In this document: piece after piece, positions 10,301 to 23,000 of the stretch
How positions within the stretch are numbered: the stretch's first letter is position 1
Layout: each line of letters starts with the position of its first letter
Made by a program: the position numbers and the translations under genes
The notes under the pieces: model-generated
The model's input: the letters and a program-made list of their open reading frames with translations, nothing else
Databases searched by the model: none
Told to the model about the DNA's origin: nothing
NCBI RefSeq assembly: GCF_022539665.2
Contig: NC_081333.1
Location: 11,966,001-12,030,000, forward strand
Length of the DNA: 64,000 nt
DNA from: Daphnia carinata
Lineage: Eukaryota
Direction of reading: 5' to 3'

Positions 10301-13300
10301 GCGGGATGGAAATGTGTCAAGCGTTTGGTGTCTTTTGGAGCCCTTCGCTGCATGTTGCCGTTTCCTCTGTTTTTCGATTGCTCAAAAAAGTTGCTACTCA
10401 AAAGTGAAACAAAAATCCATGGTCTTCGACGAGAAAGAAAGAAGAATTTTGAATGATGAAAGTAAATAAGGAGGGGAAAAGCCTAAAGATGACATTTCAA
10501 TCACAAGGTAACCAAATGAACGCCATCGCCCCTAGTGACACCCAGAGCTCAGAAAGAAGATGAAAAATGGGAATAGATTTGTTCTTTTCTATTTTTGCTC
10601 GTTGTGTTTCCTATAGATTGGTCGAACGAGGGGGAAAAGAAAAATCAAACTCTTTGCCCTCTCACCCGCTTGTTCGTCATTATTTTTTCTTGGTCTTATG
10701 ATGTCTCGAAGATCAAGCCAAACCGAATGTGGCTGAACACACACACGTATCGTTCGCAAATGAAAAGATCACACACTGCCAATTGTATGTGTGTGGTGTG
10801 GCACTCGACCAGGCTTCTCAATCTATTGACATCCCTCCTCTTTTTCCCCCCCTTTCTTTTTTGATTCTTGCCCAACGCTTGAAGTGTGTAGGTGGATATC
10901 TATCATCTCAAGAGAAAGACCTGCCTCAAGTTCTACTTGGCTTATTTTTTTTTCTGGATGTGTCGAGGGGAAACCTTGACCAATTAGTTGAATCAACTCT
11001 TGCATCACCACTCGATGTTATAGAGGTTACACGACCTTATCGTCATCGACGAACGTTGCCACTTCACGTGTTATTACACGGACTGCATATATTTTATTTT
11101 CCTCAACACGTATATACGGTGCCTCTTTAGCTTTTCTTTCTTTTCATCTCGGATTGTTTTTTTTTCTTTCCCCCTTATCTCTGTTGTTTGTTGGTGTACA
11201 CAACAAACTGCCACGGTGCCTTGTATACAAGTTTATCCCGGGGTGATCAGCACGCCGCCAGCAAAACCTTGTCGTCCCCTCTTGAGCACACTTGTCTCTC
11301 TTTTTGGTTTACAATCCAACAAATACAGAAAGAAATATATATATATAGCTATATATATACCGTCATGTTATTGCATACGTGTGTACTCTAGCTCTCGTGG
11401 GCGATCCGGAAACATAATAAATAGCACACGCATTGATACGCGTATAAGAAACGAGATATACTGAGAAAAAGGTTGTTGTTTACTGTATAACCTTCATGTA
11501 TATAAATAACAGCATGAAATCTATTTATTTATGAAGAATACCTATCTATATCGAAATCGGGATTGTATATTTAAACGGCAGAGAGCTATGAGACGGAAAA
11601 AGGTGGACGACTCATCTTAAGCCTTGCGTGTCTGTGACGTGATATAAGGGATACGAGGTTTGCCTTGGCACGTAGCTGAGAACTTTAGCAAAGTATTCCA
11701 CAAGTAGATTTTTGGAATTCATCGTTATGTATTGAGCCATAGACAAACCATCACGAGTTGCGATCTACTTCATTGTTCTTACGGTCGATTTGTTCTTTAA
11801 AATGTCCTGAGCGCATTTTGGATAAAGCTCATACACGTTTGTCAGAATGGCAGCATATTCGTGACATGTTCATCCCAAAGTGTCACGTAAACATCATGAA
11901 AAGAAAAAGAACGGTAATTTTGTGTTTTTATCGGAGAGAGGATCACTACTTTAAATGGCCCATCAAAATCTATTTCAAACAATTTTTTTTTTCACTGCGT
12001 CCTGTAGATGAAGAAGGAAGATCTATAACATGGAAGCGTGGGTGAAAACTACTTTCTTAATATATATTTTTTTTCAAACATGGGTCCTAGGACTATAGTC
12101 GATTTGGAGCAGCACAGCAGCGATGTGTCTGTATATTAACCGGAGGAAATGGATGGATCGTATAGCCTATTTAGATCCCGAACAGTCGGGAACACGCAAC
12201 CAAAATCCCCTCAGCATTCCCTTGATTTATGGCTCTAATTCAGCCAAAACAAAACTAGCTGTCACACAGTAGCAGCTGAAACAGTCCCAGCCTTAAAAAG
12301 AATGAAAATTTAATTAAACTCGTTGCATTAGAGGTAAGATACGAAAGCACAAAAAGAGATTGATTTTATACTATTCCGTTGCTATCGATTTGAAACACAG
12401 ACGAGTACAGTAGTAGTCGGTATCGATTTACATTGTTGTTTTACGTTCGTAGCATTCTTCACAAGCATTTGATACACGAATTACTTGATCCACCTAGACG
12501 CCTTTACATCCTTTCATTTTCGTGTCTGTTATCCCCAACTGGTTTGTTCAATTTCTTTGGGAATTCGAGTTCTGACAGCGAGTTATGGAGGCAACCTGTC
12601 AGCTGCTGTCACGAAAGTTACGTTACCAAACGCAGTTGCTAACGGCCCGTGATATCGATTCAAAATTCGCCTATAGATCTCATCTGTTTGTGGCCTTGGT
12701 AATAAGCCTTCCACTGGAAGCTTCTTGTATTTTATTCAATTCCGGGACTGTCGTCGTTTTTTTTCAAAAACTGCACCGCATTGTATATACACATATACTG
12801 GGAGGATGTTACAAGTTTTTGTCCGTCTTATTTCCGGAGAAGTCTGTATGCTACTGTACATAAACGCAGGAGCATGGGGTCTAAGTATGAGTAAATAGAG
12901 GAAACTGCATGACTGCATGCCTACAGTCTTGTTTGCGGTCTGTAATACCCAGCTCAAAGGCATAACAAATTCAAAGAATTCCCTTGGAATATTTTTCCAT
13001 ATTTATAACGCAGATATTTGAAAAGAAAGAAGGAGCAATCTAGAACATGGATCGGTGGAAGTTGTTGTCATACAAGAAGAAAAAAAACTAATATTTTTGA
13101 ACAAAATTTTTAAAGCGAAGTATAAAAAAATCTAAGAGCTGGAACAAATAAGTGTCGATGGGTGTCGTTTATCATTTGGCTAATGACTGAGGCTAAACTG
13201 AGAAGCCATTACAGTGATTTGCCATGTTGCCCCCTCCCCCCTGAAAAAAAGGGACGTCTACCAAGAAACGATAATTAATGCTACACAAAATGAACATATA

Positions 13301-16300
13301 AAAACTCGATGGGCTGTGTATCTCTCGCTACAACTTTCGAAGATGGAAGGCCGTACTGTGGCAATTGAAGCATTGGGGAGCAATGGTGCTGGCCCATAGC
13401 GACCATTAGTGTCACGTTCTACCATCTAGCTTGTCGGGCCGTGGGGTACCACTAGACCAGCTATTTTTCTGGCCTTTAGTTTTGCCTTCCGACACAGAAA
13501 AAAGCCACAGAAAAGAGAAAAAGCAGAGGCTTAAGGTATCTGTAGATCTTATCCATTAGCACAAGGAGCCATACGAAGCCATAAGACTTATTTATAGGAC
13601 AGCTGGAGGTACTAATGATGTAGTCATTCATTTGCCTTGTAGTCGACATGGAAACGACACGGGCCCAGCTGCCCGTCTTTTTCGTGTATCTTCTTCATGA
13701 AGAAGCGATCCAAAGTTTCTACATGTTAGCTACCTTATATGCTGGATGCAGCTAACTTTTAGCACGCACGTGGTAAACAATAGAAACAGGATGACAAACA
13801 ATACATTTTGATGTAATCGATATCTTTCGTTGGGCTAGTTTCTTCGACGTTTTGAAACTGAAAATGAATCACTCTACGGAAGTTGAAATAAATAATCAAA
13901 TTGAGAGCGCATTTGAACGATAGTCGGGGTACTGATTGGTACCACAGACAATGGTAAATCTAATTATTTGAGTTGTTGGACAGGTTGTGATGAATGCACA
14001 GAATGTGCGGATGAGTACTACGAGACACAATGGTGAGTGTATTGATGTTCAACTATGCGGGTATGAGTATCACGCACGAGGGGAAAAAAAAAACACTGCA
14101 AAGATAGAGTAAGTCTGAAAAGGCACGACAATATCTTTTCCATCTCCCCGTTGAAAATGCATCTAGATTCTCGTCAGATTTACGCATACACAAAAGAGGG
14201 GGACATAAGGAGAAACTGCTCGGATAACGTTACCTCAGTCCCGCAATGCAAAACGTACTCCCTTCGGCGCTCCTTCACCAAATAAACAAAAGGATTGAAA
14301 AACACGCAACTACATTTCTAAATAAATAAAAAAGAAACCAGGGAAAAAGATTTAAAATTTCGCGGGGATTGTCAAAATGCGCAAACGTAGACACAATCCC
14401 TTTCTATTCAATGTTTTCGGTACCCGTTATCGTCATCATCTAGTCCGAGAAACAGCCGTCCATAAAGAAAAGAAAGAAAGGTTATCATTGTGCGACCGCA
14501 TCCTCTCCTGTTTTTTTCCCTTCCTTTTCCGTACCCCCACGTATACAGACAGCACAGTAGTGGTAATGCAACGTGCTTTTTTTATAATGTTGCTGCGGCT
14601 GCATTTCCTCTTTGGTCATTGTTCTTTTAATTTCCTGAATCACGAGCATATAGGAAGCATCTCCGGCCGAGACCCAAAAGTCAGCGTATGTTCCTTGGCT
14701 TTTCGATGTCAGCGGATGCCGACTAGGATGACACTCCAAGAAGAAAAATGAAAAAAATGAAAGTGAAAACAACAAAAAACAGTTGAAAGCGGAACTGGTG
14801 CTATACCGGAGGCTTAGAGAGAGATATGACATACACATGGGTACACATACATAAACAAAGGGCTAACGAAACTGTCTAGCAATTTTTTATTGGACTCATC
14901 TAGAAGCTTCTGCTATGCTTAGTAACCTTCAAAGGTAAAACAAACATACGTCCACAATAGAGAGTAAACGCGTTCGTTTTCGTGAGTGAGGTTGATGTTG
15001 TGTCTTCAACAAGTTCTTTTTATTACAACGTCGAATTTCCACTGATAAGAACGAGACAGTTGTAGAGACACTAATCATTTTATGAATCTGAACTTTGTTA
15101 TGTTTTAATGCATCAAGAATGAATGCAATTCCGTGCAAAAATTGGGCTCTAACTGTTTTTTGTTGACCGGCAACAATGGTTAATAGTGAAGTGTACCTGC
15201 AATTCTGCGACAATCATTTATTGCCCGTCTGTTAAAAATTAATGAGGTTCTGTCGTAAATCCGTATTACGTTTTACGAATTCAACATTCTACCGGAGAAG
15301 AACAAAACTGTAAGAGAACAGCAACAGATTTGTCGGATGCAGACGTTGAGGTGAACAAGCATAACGAATGATTGTCTAGTATCATCAAAGCGAACTTTAG
15401 CTTATGTTTAGAGAATGTTTAGCCCGAGCCAGATGTTGCGATCGCATCATTTCGCGTAGCTAGTAATAAGTTAAAAAAAAAATAATAATAAAAAAGGTAA
15501 TCCTTTACTGTATGACATTCAGGCAGAAAGACAAGACAGGTGTCACTGTGGATGTTAGCAGTTACCACCAATCGAGTTTTCATCCTCAACGACACGACAA
15601 TTGAACCGAAATCCTCAGATAAAAATGACGTATTTATCCAACCTAAACAATTCAGTTGCATTCAAATAATCAAAGCATTTGGGTTTGCGTAAAGGAGGTC
15701 ATCTAGGAAATGAACTTTTAGTTTTTTTTAAATTTCCATCTTCAGTCGCGGGTGATTAAACTTCTTATTTCACCAACGCGTGCGTCGGGCTAATGAACTC
15801 ATTTTCGTCCGATGGGCAAAGAAAGCGCAGCAATAGCTAGGCCATAACAAGATGACAAGGAGTTCAGGTTTCAGTTCAATCTTCTATTCCTTTACCAAGA
15901 ATCGGTGGATACAAACTTGGAGCAAATCTTTTTACTGTTTAATTGGTAAAATTCTTTACAGTGTCTTTTTCTCCTGTAATGATTTCACATGCGACTCAAA
16001 ATTCAAAGAGAAAAATGGCTCATTATAATAGTTTATGGGAATCATTTAAATTATCTAATCTAACAATTCGAATAATTACCCATACGTCCCTAGATTCAGA
16101 AGCGCACATTATCCCCGAGTCTGTCTATCGATCGCGGATACTAACAACATTAAGTTAAACTTCTTTTAAAACATTAAAAAATATATATTTATATTTATTT
16201 CATATGCAATTGAACTAGTAACAAGAAGACGTGTAGGCTGAGAAAAAGATTCAGAACCATCAGATGGTGTAATTCCACGACTTTATTAACCTGAGAACAT

Positions 16301-17703
16301 CCACGACATTGTCATTGGTACGTCCAGCAGCTTCTGCATCAAATAAACTGGCTGCACAAGTCAGTTTTATGTTGGCGAGAAATTAAAAAAAGTGTTTTGG
16401 TAACTCTGCAATTCGGTTTTATCCGTTCTAGGTAATCAATTCCTTAGGTAATCAACGGTCTTTTAAACTTAGCAGAAATGTCGTAGAGTCGAATGACTGA
16501 ATAAGGTTGCATGCCTTTTTCGCTAGAAAAGGAAACTGGCAATCTCGCCAGGCACGCCCGCATATATCCCTCTGATTTAGAGACGGCTGATTGATTAAGA
16601 CAGATATATGTTTCAATCTGCTTATACTGCCTGCCTAGGATAAAAAAACAAAAACAAAACAAAAGCAAAATAAGAATGCAACTTGAGCGGGTTCTAGAGT
16701 TGAGAAGAACTCTTTCGTTCTTTTTCTCGCCAAATATCTACCCCATGGCTGAGGCTATCCTTATAAATCCTTTCCTAAGCTGGTCTATACTTAAGGATTA
16801 TTTATAACAGAAAAAACGGGGAAAAATAATGCCAGGCAAATAATAGAACCAGCGCGCAGAGAACGGGTTTTCAAAGAAGAAAGGAAAGCTGGAACGCTTG
16901 CACGCGCATCTGATATCGTTCATCTTCTGTGCCGGCTCGTTTTTTTTTTATCTTGGCTGTGCGAAATTGATATGGAAAGCTAACAAGGTCGAACAGCAAT
17001 ATTGCACCGGAAGCATCAAGAGCATCATGGAAAGACACATCCTATAAGGGGGGGGGGCGTCCGACAACAACCATGATCAAATATGGTTGACTGTTATTTA
17101 CGTTATACTCTTGTAGTCACCTGATTTACTTGTCACGAGTACTGATGGACAAAAAGAAGCGTTATAGGCAACGCCCTATTTTGTTGATGTTACCTATGCC
17201 GCACTCCCCCGGTTTCAATGGAAATCGAATTGCTAGTGCAAACTTGTGTTGGCTGCCTGACGATGTAAAATGGTACGTGAATAGTAACTCTCTGCATTTT
17301 TCCTATTCTTTATTTGTGTGTAGCACTGTGTATGAAAGAAAGAGTGTAGTTCACTTTTGGTAATATTATATATTATTTGTATATTATTTATGTATTATTT
17401 ATAACATGCCGACAAAGGCCATTCGATGGTGCATGCATATACCGTGATTAACAAAATATACTAATTCATGGATATATAATTCAAGTAAAGCAACGTGCGG
17501 CTAAACGCTTAAAGCTGTTTGAATTTCCAGCATTTCCCCCTAAACTTAGTTCTTGGCTGAATATCGATTGAATTGCGTCTTCGATACGATTTGTAGTTCG
17601 ATATGCAGGAACATGGTAAATGTCTTCGCTGATGGTTTATTGTTGACGTATTCTTTTCCTTTAGTTTACTTGACATCAACATTCCAGTGTTCCAGTCGTT
17701 GAC

Positions 17704-19665
17704 ATGGGTCGGACTGTCATTGCTGAGGATGGAATTGAGACGTATGTCGCAAGGTTGGCATCGAAAAAAGTAACTGTGGTGGGTTTACTTTTTGGCCAAG
17801 AAATTTCTGCACAAAAGTCGTGTGTGATACATTTGGCACGAACGCCCGATCCCGTAATTGAAGATGAAGAAGAGGAGTCGGAATCTTCATTACAAACACA
17901 AAATAAAAATGTGCACACGGGCAATAGTCCGACAGAAGACTTTGATGACTCTTTAGTTCTTGATCATGCTCGACAGGTACATTACAGGTCACTTTCAAAT
18001 TTTGTTTAAAAATAACTTGAACATTGTGCTTTGCTCACTGTAAAAAAAAGGTGATGAGATCTCTACCTGGAGGCATTACCATATTGGGTGTTTTTATTGT
18101 TTCGAGCTCAGATCCATTTCAAAATCCTGCCATGAACAATCGTATCCGGAAGCTACTAACTTCTATTGATGTTATTATTGGGAAAAGTTCCATTACGGTC
18201 AGACAGCAATTGACATGTGAAAGGATTGCATTGCATATATCTAATACTACAATTAAGTATGATGACTCATAATTGTGGTTAAAAAGATTGTCCGACATTA
18301 ATGAATTCTTCACATTCATACAATTTTAATGACATTGATAAAGGTATACTTGCAAAACCTTCGAAATTGATAGCCCAGTTGCTTCACCCAAACCTGCTGA
18401 TTGGAAGTTTGTTAATGCTGCTGGTTCCCCTTGGATAGAGCTGCATTGCACCACAAACATTGAACTTTTCATAGGCTTGTCTGATTCAGAATCTTCAGGT
18501 ACCCTGAGACAACAACTGGAAGTATTGTGAATTTTTTAATAACCTGGTGACTTATTACTCAACTGTAATCTGGATTCCTGCTTTTCAAATTTAGACTGGG
18601 ATAGATCTGTATGGCAAAGCTGTCAAGCAATGCATCTGTCTCTTTGGCGGAAAATTCTCTTCGGAGTCGGAATTAGTGGATGATGCGTCAACGGAAAAGG
18701 GCACCGGAAAGAAAAAATCAAAACAACAAAATAGCGAGGAACGAATAAAAACTATTAATGTTCAAATCCTTATTCCAGAGGCAAGTTTTTCGGTTCAGGG
18801 CCTTAATAATATCCCTTCTCTTAACGATGTATTAAATTTTTTAGCTTGAAGTTAAGCAAGAGAAACAGGAATGTTCTTCAGAGCTCAGATTCGGAGGTCA
18901 AATGTGCATCAAGGCATATATACACGGAAAGGCCACCGTTCGAGAAGCAAGCCAAGTAAGTTATCCCCGCCATCCCACAAAACTGCTTTATTTTAATGAC
19001 TTATAATCAATCGATAGGTCATCAGAGAGGATATTTTACGTTCACTATGGGCTCGATGTGATATGCACTGCGATTCGCTGATTGGAGAGGAACAACGTGG
19101 ACAGCCAGATGGTACATTGCTCTTTTTTTTGCCAGTCATCCTTTTTAATGAGTCTTACCTTGTCCTAATAATTGAAGTGAAAGCTGTTCTGCACGAACCA
19201 CCACGGCGGGTCCTGGCTCCTCTTCCGTTCAGTCCGATATCGGTATCTGATTATCTGTTTCCCGGCGAAGGACCAGCGGATTCATTGGCATCGCTCGCTG
19301 ATTTGTTGGACTTGGGCACGCTATTGGATGGCGATGTTCAGGTATTCTAAGTTTTCCCTTCTTTGTCTCCATGCCACGTGTTTTCCCTCTTACTGTGCTA
19401 TTGATTTCTTTTGTTTTCCTTCATCTATTAATCGAAACATCATTTGGTTTCTATGTGACGAAAGGATTACTGGGAAGCAGCTGCCGAAGTTAATGATGCT
19501 GAGCTGCAGATACAGTCGGACAGTACTCTTTTGGAGACGACTATTTCCAAACAGAATACTGCGACACCTTCCACGAACTCCCGCGCCATTTTGCTGTCTG
19601 GACTTATCGCTCTTCTTGCTATAGTTTTGTCGTACTTGACGCTGCAGATATTCAGAACCAACTGA
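17704..19665 (+). CDS. odr-4: Protein odr-4 homolog (tail-anchored ER membrane GPCR-trafficking factor), 8 coding exons
   Basis: The N-terminus MGRTVIAEDGIETYV...VVGLLFGQ...VIHLARTP and the motifs QVMRSLPGGITILGVF, PKPADWKF, EDILRSLWARC and HEPPRRV..P....SDYLFPGE match the ODR-4 family as I recall it. The C-terminus is a hydrophobic helix (AILLSGLIALLAIVLSYLTL). Frame-consistent exons: 17704-17976, 18051-18256, 18344-18521, 18595-18780, 18845-18955, 19018-19111, 19178-19341, 19465-19665 (TGA). Confidence 0.9.
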
Positions 19666-19756
19666 TATCTTATCTCTAAACTCTGGCCTTTGAGGTTGGC
19701 ATTGGTTGACCTAGTGATAACCTGTTACTATGGCTCATGGATTTATTTTACGTGGT

Positions 19757-19762
19757 AATAAA
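19757..19762 (+). terminator. Putative polyadenylation signal of odr-4
   Basis: AATAAA ~90 nt after the stop codon, followed by a T-rich tract. Confidence 0.5.
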
Positions 19763-20029
19763 GAAAAGGGGTTTGGCTGTACGTCCTTTCTCCTTTCTAT
19801 TGTATCTTTTAAGGTTTATTGTGCTCCAAAGGTATATCTGCAAACGAATACGAATAGTTAAATTTTTGGCGGAAATAGAATGCACTTTTTCCACAAAGAA
19901 AGAGAGTTGAAGAGAGGAAAGAAATTACGTAGAAACGGAACACTGACGACAATGTGGATTATTCACACGTTTACCAAACGCTTGCTGTTCCTTTATCTCT
20001 TATAATTATTAATTCTTTTTAAAATTTTC

Positions 20030-23000
20030 TCAGTTGTATCTAACACTTGTTTGTTGGGATTTGGGTAAGTCCTCGTTCTCGGTCTCGTCGATAGCTACGT
20101 ATGCGGCCGAGAATCCCTTGCTGTTGATGGTATCGTCGCTCTTGAAGCGAACTAGAAGAACTTCGTTGGTCGAGACGATCTCTGGCGGTACCTAATAAGA
20201 TAAAAGAATGTTGATCATAATATTAACTTGCAAAACCCCAATTTAGAAGACGAAAGGCTTCTATCGAAGACAACAAAGAAAGGAAATACTTTTGGTTTAA
20301 TTCTACATGCGAATGAAAATTTTGTGGAAATGGAAAACTTTTCATTACCCTGTTGCCGCAATAACGGCCGTTGGTGGGGCCCGAGTCGTCGAATCCTTGG
20401 TAAACTTCAATAGAATCGTAGCCGCACTCGTGCTCATCCTCCAGCTCAAAGGTGAGGAAAGTCAAGTGGACATTCTTGCCGGGTGGTGCCTCAATAACCC
20501 AGTCGCAATCTTCTTTGTTTTCGTAGTTATGGTCGCCGTACTTGGCGTGAGAGTAAAAGTGTTTCACACCAGTCGCCGCTTGAAGGTGTCCGCCGCAAAC
20601 TGTTCGGAAGAAGCGAGAATTGTGGAATCGAGATTCAAATAAACATATCCAGTTGATTACCGGTTGCGTGCGTCGCTTGAAAGCCACGACGTTGAACGGA
20701 TGAATCCGATTTGAATACCAAATAGAGCTGATTGCCGGAAGCCACTATTGGATGAGGTGCTTTCAATCCGCAGAATCGACCCAAGGTCTGATCGTCACTA
20801 CTATCTCCATCGAACAAGACAACATGATCGTAAGCACACTCGTGATGAGATTCAATTTCGAATTCGTGGAAAACCTGAAGAAAGCATGGAAAAGAAATCG
20901 AACGTTGTTATCATCGAAGCTCAGCACAGAAAAGGTAAGTGATTGCAATACTAATTTGATGCGATGGCCTGGGGTTGTTGTAAAATGCCATACGCATTCC
21001 TTTCGTGCGGGATAGGGATGCGGATAATTAGGGCTCAGTATTTCGCCATAAGGAGCACGAATTTCATGTTTACAGCCGCCTTCTTTACAGTCGTGACCAT
21101 TTTCGTGAAGCGTAAATCCATTGTGGCAAGCGCAAACGTAAGAGCCGATCGTATTGCGACATTCTTGCTGGCATCCGCCGTTGTTCACTGCGCACTCATC
21201 CTTGTCTAATGAAAAGGAATAAGAAATGTTATTCCCGTTTTGTTTTATCATCGAAATGTTATCAGCCTGTGAAACGAACCGGTAAAATAGACGGCGGCAA
21301 AGCCCGTCTTCTGGACGGAGTTGTCTGAGGCGAACTCGATGCGAAGGACGTTGCCTTCGGAAGTTACGACGGGAGGCAGGTGGGTGCCGCAGAAAACGCC
21401 GTGTTTGCGCAGTTCGTTCTCGCTCAATTTGCTCCTCACCTCGACGTGATCGTATTCACAATCTTGCTGCAAGAGAAAATCAAACCAATACATCCCTATC
21501 TCATGTCAAATGATTCTTGCTAAAAGTAAGAAAACGAGCCAAATATAGGGGGCTTTGTCAGACGATATCGCCCACGTGAAATATGATTTACATCCCAAAC
21601 TTTTGTGACTCACATTGTTGCCCTCCAAATCAAAGTGGGTGAAGTTGAGAGTAATGCGATATTGTGGTGGTGCAAAAATCTCCCAGATGCAGTGCTTGTT
21701 GCTTGGATACAGGTCTGGGAAGGAAGGGCTAATAATGGTCCCGTTTGGAGAATCAATTAATCCACCACAGGCATCTGTAGAAATATAGATATTTGTTTGA
21801 TTATTGTTGAGGCTTATATGTTTATTGATTCATCCTTACCTTGGCATCGTTTGCCGTCTGAGTGGAGCTCGAAGCCAATTCGGCATTGACATTCGTAGCC
21901 CCCTAAGGTATTGACACAGCTATGCTCACATCCGTGATCCAGTGACGCGCATTCGTCGAATTCTGGTGGAAATGATACAGCATTGTTACATGCCTTTATG
22001 AAAACCAATAATAACAGGACTAACCATTCATGAAAATGGCAGAAAAGCCAGCTTTTTGAACCGAGTTGTCCGAGACGAATTTGATCCACATTTTGTTGCC
22101 ACTTGATTTGATATCTTCGGGGATGTTGTAACCGCAATAGACACCAATTAACGGGCTGGTGGGTTCATGGCCGTCGCGGATCTCGAGGAAATCGTAGACG
22201 CAGTTGTCGTGGTTTTCGATTTCAAACGATTGAAACTTGAGCGCCACTTGATAATCGGACGGGACAGTGATTTTCCAGGTGCATTCCTTGTTGGGCTGGT
22301 AGTCGTCGGGAAAGTTGGGTGACTCGAGATGACCACTATCCACGTTTAAATCACCACCACAAAGCGCTAAAAATAATCCCGAATGCATTGCTGTGCAAGA
22401 ATCTGTGATGTTTTGAATCTGAAATTACCCTCGTAAGAGGCACTGAATCCTTTGTGTCCAATCTGTCCCGGTGAACTCTGGAAAGTAACCAACATCCGAC
22501 TTCCAGTAGACATGACTGGATCCGGTAGACGCGTGCTGCCACAGAAGCGACCTGAACGTGAATTTTACATGATTTAAAGAATTAATAATAAGTGGTAAGA
22601 ATAGCTTTGAAAAAGACATACCTAGTAGCGGCGATTTGTGCCAATATCCATCGCGAATTTCCACGTAGTCGTATTTGCAGTTATCTCCCTTGAATACGTC
22701 CAGTTCAGTGATGTTTAAAACGATGCGCTCTCCGTGAGTCGCCGTTATGCGCCACTCGCAGCGCTCGCCGTCGTCGGAGACGGTACCGGGTGGGAAAACG
22801 GGCGAAACGAACGACGCTTTGTTTTCCTGGAACGTCCGTCCACATTCTATCGTCAGAGGAAACGATTGAAATTAGATCTCGGTCGTTGAATTACGAAGTT
22901 TAGAAACAACATAATCGACCTACTTGGACATTTATAGAGCTTGTTCGTCTGCGAGATGTCGCCCTCACTAAGGCGTATGCGCTGGCCAATCTCTGGCCGC

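Noticed and set aside
17560..17664. DRE-like TATCGAT motif and a possible 49-nt 5'UTR intron upstream of odr-4
   Set aside because: Imperfect match to TATCGATA and an unusually short intron; not supportable without TSS data.
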